A stretch of 64,000 nucleotides of DNA from Octopus bimaculoides (lineage: Eukaryota): contig NC_068981.1 of NCBI RefSeq assembly GCF_001194135.2, positions 162,620,481 through 162,684,480 on the forward strand, read 5' to 3'. The position numbers were made by a program, and so were the translations under genes. This document shows, in pieces, positions 1-12,139 of the stretch. The notes under the pieces were generated by a model. It was not told where the DNA came from. It made no database searches and worked only from the letters and a program-made list of their open reading frames with translations. Every line of letters begins with the position of its first letter. The stretch's first letter is position 1.

Positions 1-16
1 ACACACACACACACAC

Positions 17-300
17 GTCGTTTAACGTCCGCTTTCCATGCTAGCATGGGTTGGACGATTTGACTGAGGACTAGTGAAACCAGATGGCTACATCAGGCTC
101 CAATCTGATTTGGCAGAGTTTCTACAGCTGGATGCCCTTCCTAACGCCAACCACTCAGAGAGTGTAGTGGGTGCTTTTACGTGTCACCCGCACGAAGGCC
201 AGTCAGGCGGTACTGGCAACGGCCACGCTCATCTCGCTCGAGAAACCTCATGTGTCACCCGCACAAGAGCCAGTCCAGGGGCACTGGCCACCATCCCGCT
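17..300 (-). mobile_element. 5'-truncated RTE-type LINE 3' end (tail family T)
   Basis: Reverse complement of ...aggaagggcatccagctgtagaaactctgcc...ccatgctagcatggaaagcggacgttaaacg, the same 3' end that follows the RT ORF at 57506-58426. Confidence 0.85.
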
Positions 301-820
301 CGAAAGATTTCATAATACATACATACATATAAATTTCACATGGGCGATTCTTTCTTGTCTTGAGATTCAGTCAAATGGCTGGGTAGAATTGCACCAAAAA
401 TTACACAGATGTGTAGTCCGGTGGTGATGCTGGGCTTTGTATTTTTTTCATAGCTCCCATGGTTACAAAGATAATCTACTATAATAATACTCTTCTGTTT
501 ATGAATGAGAAAGGAAGGGATTATGAAAACTGCATGCTGAAAAAATAAATCAAACAGCATTTCAGCTTTGTGAATATATGTGTGTACGTAAAGAGGAGTG
601 TGTGCATGTGCAATAGAAGTGGGATGGTTCATCTTTGCTTAATATTTGGGTTTATTTTTTGATTTGGTTGAATCTTGGTTGGGGGGTTTTTTTTTTGGTC
701 AGTTATTTGTAGTGTTTTGGCAGAAAAAAGTCATTCTAAAATTGTTTTTTAATGTAAGCGTGCCCAAACAAGTCGAATGCTTACACAGAGCAGGTTTTAC
801 AGCCACATCATCCAAACCAA

Positions 821-848
821 CCTGGTGAAACCGGGCTTAGCTGCTAGT
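821..848 (+). mobile_element. Helitron-like 3' terminus
   Basis: GC hairpin cctggt-gaa-accggg (821-835), 8-nt spacer, CTAG (844-847), then T. The 5' end was not found. Confidence 0.45.
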
Positions 849-873
849 TTGTATGTATGTATGCATGCATGTA

Positions 874-1425
874 TTACTTGTTTCAGTCATTTGACTGTTG
901 CCATGCTGGGGCACTACCTTGAAGGGTTTTAGTCAAACGAATTGACTTCAGGACTTATTTTTTTATGCCTAGTATTTATTTTATCGGTCTCTTTTGCCAA
1001 ACTGCTAAGTTAGAGGAACATAAACATACCAATACCAGTTGTCAAGCAGTGGTGTGGGATAAGCACAGAATCAAAGACATATGCATGCATACATACATAC
1101 ATACACACACACACACATATATACATACATAAGAAACAGATATTCCCCATATAGAATACACTCAGTAGTGCTCAAGAGATTTAAACTTGGGTGTGTAGAG
1201 AAATAAATGAAGGGATAAACAAGTTAGATAGATCAGTATATAAAGTATATTAAATACACGAAATACAAAAAAATTATATATATATATTTACGTGCGTACA
1301 TACATATATATGATGGCCTTTCAGTTTCTGTCTACCCAATCTATTCACGTTTTGGTTAGCCTGAGGCTATAGCAGAAACACTTGCCCAGGGTGCCAATCA
1401 GTGAGACACTACACAGCCATGCTTG
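874..1425 (-). mobile_element. tRNA/CORE-like SINE family A, degraded and interrupted
   Basis: Tail ttacttgtttcagtcatttgactg..ccatgctgg at 874 and head ..ctatagcagaaacacttgcccagggtgcca at about 1365-1420; matches the copy at 10110-10490. Confidence 0.8.
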
Positions 1426-1568
1426 TGACTTTAAACCAATAATTCTTACACATTTTTTTCTCTCTCTGTTTTTTTTTTCCCAAGCCTCAAACTAATACAC
1501 TTACATGTTGTTCCTTCCCCTATCTTTGTCTTTTGTTTTCTGTAAATTTTGAACTATAACAAAAAGGA

Positions 1569-1677
1569 GAAAAAATATTGTGGATACTTCATTTTATTTT
1601 ATTTGTATCACAATATGAACATATTTGCTGTGTTCATATTGTGATACAAATAAAATAAATATCCACAATATTTTTTC
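1569..1677. repeat. Short foldback (inverted repeat)
   Basis: Arms 1569-1621 and 1631-1677 pair except for a 6-nt insertion in the left arm; 9-nt loop tatttgctg. Confidence 0.9.
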
Positions 1678-1834
1678 TTTCTTTTTCTTACAGTAATAAT
1701 TGTATATTCTTATATAGACTGTTTATTCCTATATATTGAGAGAATTCTCCCAACATATCATTGATAACACCAGTTGATCTCTGGATTTTATAATCCCTAA
1801 AGCAGACACTATATCCTCAACTGACTGAATGACT

Positions 1835-1883
1835 ATCTATATCTATCTATCTATCTATCTGTCTGTCTGTCTGTCTGTATGTA

Positions 1884-1954
<71 letters not shown>
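1835..1954. repeat. Compound microsatellite (TCTA/TCTG/TATG/TA)n
   Basis: Read directly from the sequence. Confidence 0.95.
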
Positions 1955-1956
<2 letters not shown>

Positions 1957-1989
1957 GTAAATCTGTTGATTCACCAGAAGTATTAAATT

Positions 1990-2225
1990 AGGCGGTGAGC
2001 TGGCAGAAACGTTAGCAGGCCAGGCGAAATGTTTAGCAGTATTTCATCTGCCGTTACGTTCTGAGTTCAAATTCCGCCGAGATCGACTTTGCCTTTCATC
2101 ATTTCGGGGTTGATAAATTAAGTACCAGTTACACACTGGAGTCGATGTAATCGACTTAATCCCTTTGTCTGTCCTTGTTTGTCCCCTCTATGTTTAGCCC
2201 CTTGTGGGCAATAAAGAAATAAGAA
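1990..2225 (+). mobile_element. tRNA-derived SINE family B (central domain resembling Meta/MESC-type SINEs), near full length
   Basis: Head ggcggtgagctggcagaaacgttagc, B-box-like gagttcaaattcc, central gactttgcctttcatc..gggttgataaattaagtaccag, tail ataaagaaataagaa. Many copies in the window. The superfamily name is from memory. Confidence 0.8.
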
Positions 2226-3125
2226 GCATTAAATTATGAGACTCAATACGAATATAGAATATTCTTTAATACATTATAACTGATAGGCTCCAATTTCCAG
2301 TATGCTGAGTTAACTTGTTTCTGATCATCATCTGGTAAACCAAACCTGGTTTTCTTTTGAATACTCAGTCTTTGAATACTTTTTGAAATATAAAATGAAA
2401 GTTTGAAGAAAATGCTTGTTTTGTTTAAAAACGTTTGTGAGTGCCACTTGCCAAAACAGCTGCTTCAAGCTCATGTTTTTGATTTCATTTCTGGTTCTTG
2501 TAATATTATGTCTTAAACTTCATACAAGTGAAATCACTTTGATAAAGTAGCTGGGGATGTCATTTTTTCAGCTAATTATTTAGGGCAACAAATTAAGTGT
2601 TTTTCTTCTTTGGTTAAGAGGGGTATTTAAAAAAATTTTTTTTTTTTACTAAGTGTGAATTATAGAATATTTACTGAGCGCTGCTACTTGGAATCTCTGA
2701 AAAATACCTTTAGATACAAGTGTCAGTCTTTGACTTAATTCAATGAGAGAAATGCTACCATTTACTGACAAAACAAGTTAGCATTGATATTTCTATGAAG
2801 CTCTACACCACTCAATAATTATTGTAGTTTATCCCCATGTCAGTGCTGATCAGTCAGGCTTATGATCAGTAGCATTCCAGCTACAACTATCCCATCTCTT
2901 TTCCATGTATGGTGTATCTAGGCTATCCAGTATGACTTTTTTTTAATGGTTGGCATTAGGGAGGGCATCCAGCTGTAAAATCATGCCAAAACAGGCAGTG
3001 AAGCCTGGTGCCAGCATGGAAAATAGACATTTAATGATGATCTGGTGTAATTTGAGGGAGATTTTGTTGGTATTTCTAGCAGGTTGAGCAACATGTAGAG
3101 GTTCTTTGATTAGTTCCCATTGTTT

Positions 3126-3345
3126 GTCCCTTTAGCATTCAGATTGCTCTATCAAATGCAATGCTTTACATTGCTATTTACATTGCTTTCAATTTATCAT
3201 GCATTATCTTGTAACATTGAGATTTCAATGATGTGATTGTTTTATTTTTAGAATGACATAGTAGCGCAGCTGTGATAGGCCTGACCTGGTCAGTTTGGAC
3301 ATAAAACAGATAGATATTTGGCTGGTTTGAATGCTAAAGGGTTAT
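3126..3345 (+). mobile_element. piggyBac-type MITE family P1, degraded
   Basis: ccctttagcattcagatt ... aatgctaaagggtta; same family as 47136-47357. Confidence 0.7.
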
Positions 3346-3732
3346 ACCCAGGTTAGCCCTGATGAAGCAAATCTGTAACATGTAGAAATCTTTTCGTGTT
3401 ATTTTAACTGCTAGAAGTCTCAGCCAAACTTTCCTCAGAACTTATCCCCTACTCTGAAATTGCTGGCCTTAGAGAGCAGTAAAATAGCAAAAGTTCCAAA
3501 GTCCTCGGCTTGCAATATTTAATATTTGGTATTCAAATTGTAGTATTTAATATTTAGTGTTCAAATTATGCCAAAGTTTGACTATGCCATTCATCCTCAA
3601 GGAGTAAACAAAATAACCACCAGTAATACATTTCTAATCAAGAGATCCACTGTGTAATGCCTTCCCTCCAACCCTGAGATTTACTTATAGTTATTTATAA
3701 TTCTGCTATTGAAAGATTACTAAATATTCATT

Positions 3733-3767
<35 letters not shown>

Positions 3768-3777
3768 NNNNNNNNNN

Positions 3778-3815
<38 letters not shown>

Positions 3816-4464
3816 TATAGCAGAGTGCATGTGATATGTGTTTGCTCTTTGTCTAGGAGCTTGATATCATATCTATTCAACCAACTGTTTTCAACTGGAA
3901 TAGAGCAAGAATACAAAATTACTTTAATTATGCCAGCAACACTTTGCATTGATCCGGCAAACGATGTATTACAGTTACATCATTATTATACTGTTGTTTC
4001 TGTTTCTTTGGTGCTATTAAAATCTACTTTAACTTAATGCATGCTTTCACTGCACAGTCAGGCACAGCTCTGTGTGTGTGCATGTTGGGTATGTATGAGG
4101 TTTTGTTTTAGGGGATTTTTTTATTCTAGTAAAAGTACTCTATATAATGTATGTACAGTAGCTTACATGGCTTTTTTTCCTGTGTTTATATGTGCAAGTA
4201 CCAGGGTTTTAGTATTGACAAGTTTTTGATCATTCCCGAGCGATCGGTTATTCTGAGGATTGTTTTGTTTCCAATTTGTATATGGATAGTATGTTTTTAT
4301 AGATATATTGCTGTTGTTATTGTATATTAACCATTAAAGCATCAGAAGAAATGCCATGTGGTATTTATTATGGTTCTTTATATGTCAAGTTCAAATCTAG
4401 CTGAGATCAACTTTACCATTCTTCCCTCCGGAGTAAAAAAAAATACAGTATCAGTCCAATACCA

Positions 4465-4735
4465 AGTGGTACTCTGGTTACAGCAACGAGTGTTCCACTT
4501 GACCTGATCAACAGAACAGCCTGCTCATGAAATTAATGTGCAAGTGGCTGAGCACTCCACAGACATGCATACTCTTAACATAGTTCTCAGGGAGATTCAG
4601 CATGACACAAAATGTGACAAGGCCGGCCCTTTGAAATACAGGTACTACTCGTTTTTGCCAGCTGAGTGGACTAGAATAACATGAAACGAAGTGTCTTGCT
4701 CAAGATAGAACGCACCACTGGACATTGAACTCATG
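4465..4735 (-). mobile_element. tRNA-derived SINE family D (variant tail)
   Basis: The minus strand reads ttgagcaagacacttcgtttcatgttattctagtccactcagctggcaaaaacgagt, the same core as the copy at 44228-44482, followed by a different 3' body. Confidence 0.65.
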
Positions 4736-4741
4736 ACCATA

Positions 4742-4888
4742 CAATCTGAGTTCAAATTCTGCCGAGGTTGACTTTGCTTTTCATCCTTTCGAGGTTCGAT
4801 AAATTAAGTTCCAGTGAAACACAGGGGTTGATGTAATTGACTAGTCCTTTCTTCGCAAATTTCAGGCCTTGTGCCTTTAGTAGAAAGA

Positions 4889-4920
<32 letters not shown>

Positions 4921-5175
4921 GTCAGTGAGCTGGCAGAATCATTATCATGCTGCGTAAAATGCTTAGCAGTATTTTGTCCATCCTTATGTTCTGAGTTCAA
5001 ATTCTGCCATGGTCAAATTTGCCTTTCATCCTTCCAGGGCTGATGAATTAAGTACCAGTTACAGGGCTGATGAAATAAGTACCATACTGAGATTGATGTA
5101 ATCAACTAGCCCTCTCCCCAACAATTTCAGGCCTTGTGCCTATAGTAGAAAGGATTATTATTATTATTGTTATTT
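4742..5175 (+). mobile_element. Two head-to-tail family B SINE copies with (TTA)n tails
   Basis: gagttcaaattctgcc..tttcatcc..taagt(t/a)ccag..caggccttgtgcct..agtagaaag(a/g)attattatt occurs twice. Confidence 0.8.
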
Positions 5176-6668
5176 TACTTAGAAGTTTCTTTGGTTGATC
5201 TACATAAGGTAGATGAACCCATTTCTGTTAAAAGAAAATGTTTTTTAGACTAAAGGTGGTGTCAGGAACTGTTAGTATTATTCATCTAAACTAATTACCC
5301 TAAATTTTACTAAGGTGGAAAAACACTTATCAATAATTGATTGACAAAATAGATGATCATTTTCTGGTACTTAAGTGAGAGAAGTAGCATTCCTCTATAA
5401 TGGTACTTTTCTAGATTTAGATTTAAATGTATATATGTTTATGTTCATATTCTTCATGTAGTGTATGCGTGCACACACACACAAACATAAATGTGTGTAC
5501 CCTGTATATTTTATTAATCCCTTTATAGCAGTGTTGTGTTTTTATTGTAGGAGATTCTTCAAATGTGTGTGTGTGTGTATGGATGTTTATATGTATATAT
5601 GTGTGATTTTTTTATTATTGCCTACAAGGGGCCAACACAAAGGGGACAATATGTATATATATGTGTGTGTGTATGTATATATAGTATATGTGCACATATA
5701 TGTATAAAGGGTTCATTTACTTAGCAGCGGTCTATTTGTAATTTGAGTTGGATGAATTCTATAGAGCTTCAGAAACGAATTACAGAAAATGTTTTGCTCT
5801 ACTGTTGCACACATTTTTGGAAATCCAATGTGAAGTCATTTTTTGAAATTATTCGAAAGTCACTTTCAGTATGGAAACTTCTTCATACAGTCTATGCTCA
5901 CACTGTCTCTCATTCTTTCTCACTATCTCTTATCCACATATGTACCTTTTCACACACACACACACACGCACTGATTTGTGCTTCAAACATGAATACACAG
6001 TCGTATATGATTTGTTACTGTGAAACTATAGACATTGAAATTGAATCACTTACAGTAAGCAGAAGTCTTCACACAAACACATGCTTGTCTCTCTGTGTTT
6101 TTCTCTCTCTATCTGTCTCTCCCACCCACTCTGTCATATGCAGACACGTACCTTTTTCACACTAACACACACAAACACACACACACACACACATACTCTC
6201 TCTCTCTCTCATTGATCTATTGCCTCAGACAATACCTTCCACACTGTCACTTGTGATTACTGTGAAGATATAGACATTAAAATTTCACAAATTGTTGTCC
6301 AGAGATAAAAACTTCAAACAACAATTTCTGTTTGCGACCAACCATTCATTAATAAATTGAATTTACTTACACATAAGAATTTGTGTTTGTAATAGGACTT
6401 TGCTATTCTTTGTGATTGTAATGAACAATTAGTCTATTATTGTATTTATTATTTTAATATATACAACCAGTACAGCAGACAGTTGAATCAGCATCCATTT
6501 ATTTTAAAGAAACCCTGTTGCTAAATAGAAAAGTAGTGACATCTTTCTTTACATAACTTAAAATCTTGGTCAAGTTTTTTTCCATTTTGTTTTATACATG
6601 TGTGTGCATGAGGAGAAAGATGGTGAGTTCATTTAATTTTGTAGAGCTATGTTTTCTTATTTGTTTGA

Positions 6669-6882
6669 TTAATCCATTAGCATTCAGATTATTCTGTTTA
6701 AAGTAACGCTTATTTCTTCACATTGTTTCAGATTAATCATGCATTATCACATAGCTTCAAGATTTCAATGATGTGATTGCTTATTTTTAGAATGACATTG
6801 TAGGGTAGGTGTGAGAGGTCACATCTGACCACTTTCAATATAAAACAGATAGAATATTTGGGCCAGTTTAAATGTTAAAAGC
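6669..6882 (+). mobile_element. piggyBac-type MITE family P1, degraded
   Basis: ttaatccattagcattcagatt...; internal sequence matches 47136-47357. Confidence 0.65.
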
Positions 6883-6916
6883 ATAAAAGCTGAAACTTGA
6901 CACTGTTGGTGTTGAG

Positions 6917-7236
6917 TAGTGGTTCTCAAAGTGGGCGGTATTGCCCCCCTCTGGGCAGTGGAAAGTTCCNNNNNNNNNNNNNNNNNNNNNNNNNNNNNNN
7001 NNNNNNNNNNNNNNGGGGGGGGGGCGTTGAAGAAAAGTGGGGTGTTAATGAGGTAGCCAAAAGGGGTGATTCATGTAAAAACAACAAAATAATGGGTTCA
7101 TTAGATTAAGTTTTATTTGTGAAATACAGTTGCTTTGAATTTGCTTCAGAAAGAGGTCTATGTTTATGATGGTTATTTGGGGAATATGGCCTGGATATCA
7201 AGGGGGCAGCAACCCAAAAACGTTTGGCAACCACTG
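6917..7236. mobile_element. hAT (Charlie-type) MITE containing an N-gap
   Basis: TIRs tagtggttctcaaa / tttggcaaccactg; 8-bp TSD gtgttgag (6909-6916) vs gtgttaag (7237-7244), 7/8 match. Confidence 0.75.
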
Positions 7237-7520
7237 GTGTTAAGTTTCTCAAGAGTTGTGCTGGAGGTTATGTCAGGTCGCTCTTGAGTACTACTGGTAA
7301 CATGTAATCCAGTACAACCTGTTGCATGGTTGGGTCGTCGGCGAATAAACTGGCAACCCCACCATGCTTGCTTGCTTGGTGAGGAGGGTGTTGTTGGACA
7401 TCCTGCGGGATGAAAAATAAAACCTGTCAAAGGGCAGATGAGCTCCTGAATAGTCAACGGTCATCCAACAAAATGTGTGTAAATATGTATATACCTTTTT
7501 TTTATGTGTATATGTATATT

Positions 7521-7852
7521 TGTACTCTGCAACATCACCCCTGGTGAACTTAAAACACTGGCCACAGACTGTTCTACCTGGAGGGGTATGGTCAAAACTG
7601 GTACGCAGCATTTTGAGGATGAGCAGACTAGACTTCACGAAGAAAAGCAGAGACAGCTCAAGGAATATCAGCAAAATCCTAGACGAGCTCGTCTTCGTTG
7701 GAGCCCTCTTCGCTGCTTTCAGTGTAATCGGACATGCGCCTCCAGAATCAGCCTTTTCAGCCACAAGAGGGCCTGCCAACACCATTAAGACAACCCCTAA
7801 GGATCAAAGACGACGTCGTCATCTGTCAAGATGGACTACTTTAAGCAAGTAA
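7521..7852 (+). mobile_element. RTE (BovB-like) LINE 3' fragment with C-terminal zinc finger
   Basis: Open frame LCNITPGELKTLATDCSTWRGMVKTGTQHFED...RCFQCNRTCASRISLFSHKRACQHH*, then 3' UTR gtcgtcatctgtcaagatggactact. Confidence 0.8.
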
Positions 7853-8094
7853 ATATATTCTTCAATGGTTTCCATCATTGGGTTGTGGTCATACTGGGGT
7901 GCCATCTTCAAAGGTTTCAATCAGTCCTGCTCACCTCAGTTGTCTGTCTGGTACTTGTATTGTAAGAAATGTAAAGTAAGCATCAGTGTAAGGGGTGATA
8001 ACTCAGTCAAATGCTAATAACCTAGGGTTTTCCATTTGAATGTACCTGTTCTCCCTCCATGTAAATAGAGAAAAGCAAGTGGAAATATGTACTT

Positions 8095-8425
8095 ATGGTA
8101 CCTATTCTTTTGGTCTCTTACGCCGAAACACTAGGTTATGGGGACATAAGCAAACCAACAGAGGTTAAGCAATGGTGGAAGACAAATATAATGACACATA
8201 TGCATGCACATTTTATATATAATATATATATATATATTATATATAGTGTGTGTGTATATACACACACACACACACACACACACAAACTATATATATACAA
8301 CAGGCTTCTTTCAGTTTCAGACTGCAAAATCTACTGACAAGGCTTTAGTTGGCTGGAGGCTATAAGTAGAATAAACTTACCCAATGTGCCATGCAGTGGG
8401 ACTGAACCCAGAGTTATGTAGTTAA
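8095..8425 (-). mobile_element. SINE family A, degraded
   Basis: ggcttctttcagtttc...aggctttagttggc..aggctata...gtgccatgcagtgggactgaaccc. Confidence 0.8.
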
Positions 8426-8733
8426 AAGAAAAACATAGCAAACATCTTGCCACACATCCACATCTGCACCTGTGTATACTACTTCAAATGATATCATATG
8501 TAGAACAAACTTTTCTCTTTTTGTTGACTCTGTGTCAAATGGGCCATATTCTGTGGGCACAAATGTATGTAATTTGAACTGGCAAACTCTGGAGGGCTGT
8601 GTCAGCAATTAGGTACACCTGGTGAGCACAACAGCAGCATATCAGATACAGACTGGCTGAGACTTAGTGCATTTCAAGCCAGAGCACGAAAGTAAAAATA
8701 TCACTGTAGTTACTTGTTAAAATGTAAAGTGGT

Positions 8734-8767
<34 letters not shown>

Positions 8768-10109
8768 CACTTTGTCAAAATTGCAGACAGTCTATTTATC
8801 TCCTTTGCTGTTGTTGTTGGGTGTTCTTATGTTCTTCTCTTTGTTAATGACGATACTGCTACTGTTTTTGCTGTAAATACCATTTCTAGTATTGCTACCA
8901 ATGTTAGTGTTCTTAGCAATTCAAACCTTGTTAACCAAAAAGATGGTGCATGTTTTTTGTATAACAATGAACACAATATTCCACTTCTAGGAGTGTTCTT
9001 TGAGCATTTTGAGATTTGTGTGTAAGTGTATATGTGTTTCTATACAATTGAATCTTTCTGTGTGTGCATATGCATAGTAATGTTTCTGGTATTAATGTAC
9101 CTTTTAGGTGAAAGCTAACTGATAATCGGTGAATATCTCTGTTGTATGATGTGTAAAAACGTAGTTTCTGTCGATAACAATGGAGAAAAATCTGTACTTT
9201 GAGTGGCATTGGGTGTAGAATGAGCCATATTGATGACAATGTGTGTAGAATGAGTATTATTCGTTTGATGACATCATGTGTAGAAAAGTCTGGACCCCAA
9301 GTAGCATTGTGTTTAAAATGAGTGATATTCTTCAAGCAGCTATGTTCGTGATCCTAACTGTGGTAGGACTGTCAGTTATTAGGTGTGCCTGTTGATATGA
9401 CAGCCCACTAATCACTGACAGTTGACAGTTTACTCAATTCAAGCAAGAGTGTATAAAGTAAAACTGCTAACCCAAATTTGCATTCCACTACATCACAAAA
9501 TTTAGTCTAACCCTTTTTCAGGAGCAGTTCCATACATTATTATTATGAAGGAAATTATTTATCTATTTGATTCTTCTGCTGCTAATTGCTGAACCTTGAA
9601 GAAGACTAGAGCTTATCAGTCAAATAGACTGAACCAAAGAGGTGTGTAATGCAAATTTGTAATAAGGCTTGATTTCATTGGCGTGTAGTTAGTTAAGCGG
9701 TCTAATTTACACACACATGCACACATAAGTTGAGATGAATTTATTCTAAGTCTATAGTTTCTCATCAAAGAAAGGATTTGCAAATGTTAGAAGCTTTACA
9801 CTCTCTTAGTGTTATGACTCAGATTTATAACAATTAGTAATTTTATAACCCATAACCATTAGAGCAATTAGCAGTAAGGTTACTGGAGTACTTCGTCATG
9901 TAGTCATGAGGTGAAGCCCTACTTTAACATTATATTTCATTGCTTATTAACTCTGTAACTTTTACTGTTATGTCATGGCTGAGTGATTAGCAGCAAAAAG
10001 AACTGCCTAATAAAAAACAAATCCTCCAACAAAGTAAAAATGATTTCATCCTTTTTATTCTTTGTTGTCATCAAGATTTTAGCATACTGTAGACATTTGT
10101 GACCACATA

Positions 10110-10490
10110 CTCTTTTACTCTTTTACTTGTTTCAGTCATTTGACTGCGGCCATGCTGGAGCACCGCCTTTAGTCGAGCAAATCGACCCCAGGACTTATTC
10201 TTTGGAAGCCTAGTACTTATTCTATCGGTCTCTTATGCCGAACTGCTAAGTTACGGGGACGTAAACACACCAGCATCGGTTGTCAAGCGATGTTGGGGAC
10301 AAACACAGACACAAACATATACACATATATATATATACATATATACGACGGGCTTCTTTCAGTTTCCGTCTACCAAATCCACTCACAAGGCTTTGGTCGG
10401 CCCGAGGCTATAGTAGAAGACACTTGCCCAAGATGCCACGCAGTGGGAATGAACCCGAACCATGTGGTTGGTAAGCAAGCTACTTACCAC
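10110..10490 (-). mobile_element. SINE family A (tRNA head plus CORE-like domain), near full length and young
   Basis: Minus strand: gtggtaagtagcttgc..gggttcattccc (B-box-like), cttgggcaagtgtcttctactatagcc (CORE-like), tail tgactgaaacaagtaaaagagtaaaagag. CpGs are retained. Confidence 0.9.
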
Positions 10491-10917
10491 AAAGTCTATT
10501 TTTATTACGTTATGTGCTTTTGTAATTTATTGCTTTTTGTCTTATGTGCTTCCATACATTATTTATCATTTTATTTACTTAGTTGTTTGTATACTTGGTT
10601 ACTTCAGTGTTCATTATTTAAATTATCCACTGGGGCTATATAGATTGGCAGAATTGGTAGCACTAACTAATGAAATATCTTTTGGTATCAACATCATCAT
10701 CATTATGTTTTCCATGCTGACATGGGTTGGAATTTTTTTTACAGGATCCAGCAAGTTGTGGAACTGTATCAGCTTTAGCATGATTTCTACTGCTGTTTGC
10801 CCTTTCTAACACTAACCACTTTGTGTGTCAGTATGTATTAAGCACTACTTTTTCTTTTTGTGCCACTGGCTCTTGCAAAACAAGGAAGGAACAGTAAAAA
10901 GCCTCATTGGCTAAATT

Positions 10918-11205
10918 CATCATCATCATCATCATCATCATCATCGTTTAATGTCCGCTTTCCATGCTAGCATGGGTTGGACGATTTGACTGAGGACTGG
11001 TGGACCAGGAGGCAACACCAGGCTCCAATCTGATTTGGCAGAGTTTCTACAGCTGGATGCCCTTCCTAACCCCAATCACTCTGAGAATGTAGTGGGTGTT
11101 TTACGTGCCACCGGCACGAGGGCCAGTCAGGAGGTACTGGTGACGGCCACGCTTGAAATGGTGTGTTTTACATGCCACCTGCACAGGAGCCAGTCCATCG
11201 GCACT
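10918..11205 (-). mobile_element. LINE tail family T
   Basis: (CAT)n followed by cgtttaatgtccgctttccatgctagcatgggttgg... Confidence 0.85.
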
Positions 11206-12139
11206 AGAGAAAATTATTTGAGCGGGAGAAGTAACTTTATACCAGGTGTTAAGAGGTTAAAGTATGGTAGACTTACAAGCACAGGTGTCTTGCTATTGAA
11301 AGGATACATAATTACTCTGCATTATATAAGAGTGGGTGGGTATAGCTGGGAAAATGGGAAGAAGATAAAAATGTTAGTGATGGGTGCCTAATCATATATC
11401 TTATCGTTCTAAGTTCAGATTCTGTGAGGCTGACTATGCCTTTCTTTCAGGATCGATAAAAGAATTACCATTCATGTACTAAAGCTGATATAATTGGCTG
11501 TGTCTTCCGACCAGAATGTGCAGTCTTTTGTCTGTGCTAGAAGTCATTATTTAAATTGTTCATTATATTGCATTAACTATTGTCAGCAAACTGCCATTAA
11601 AAGGTAATTTAAATTTCTATATGCTTGTGTGATTTGTACTTTTAAGCAATCACATACAAGAAAACATTGTTGGAAGAAGCTTTTGTTGATGTTGCACGTA
11701 GTCTTTAGAACAGAAAATAGATGGCATAATGAAATACATGTCAACTTTGAGTTATTGTATTCTTATGTTAATGATAACTTATTGTGTATTGTGATGGAGT
11801 AGGATTTTGGGTAACCCCAGGTTAGCCATGATAAAATGGCATTCCAGCCATGGCCAGCCTACTTTTTTGTTTTTCAGGCACAGTTTATCTAGAACAACAT
11901 TATCTAATGTGTCCGTTCCTTTCAAAAGAAAGTAATTAGAATAATTTTAGAAAGATTTTGTTGCTATTTCTTGTACATAAATGCTATATCGTTGGTTCAG
12001 TAACGTAAGAAGTATAGAAGTGCAATTTGCTGCTGTTGAGCCTAAGGCCAGCCCATATACGAGTAGACCTATGCTACAAGATGTCAAAGATGTAATCATC
12101 TTGTCTTTTTTCATCAGGCTATGCTGGTGATATGTTAAA

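Noticed and set aside
74-427. Recurrent ORF family MKPDG..RLQSDLAEFLQLDALPNANHSESVVGAF (also 11035, 20687, 33053, 51444, 57709)
   Set aside because: It looks like a gene family but is the antisense reading of the LINE T 3' UTR. Lengths and stops vary at random.
3841-3975. Possible H/ACA snoRNA (ttgctct/agagcaa hairpin, ATACAA box, tgcc/ggca hairpin, ACA)
   Set aside because: The stems are short, the ACA is too far from the second hairpin, and alternative pairings are equally good. An Rfam or snoReport hit would be needed.
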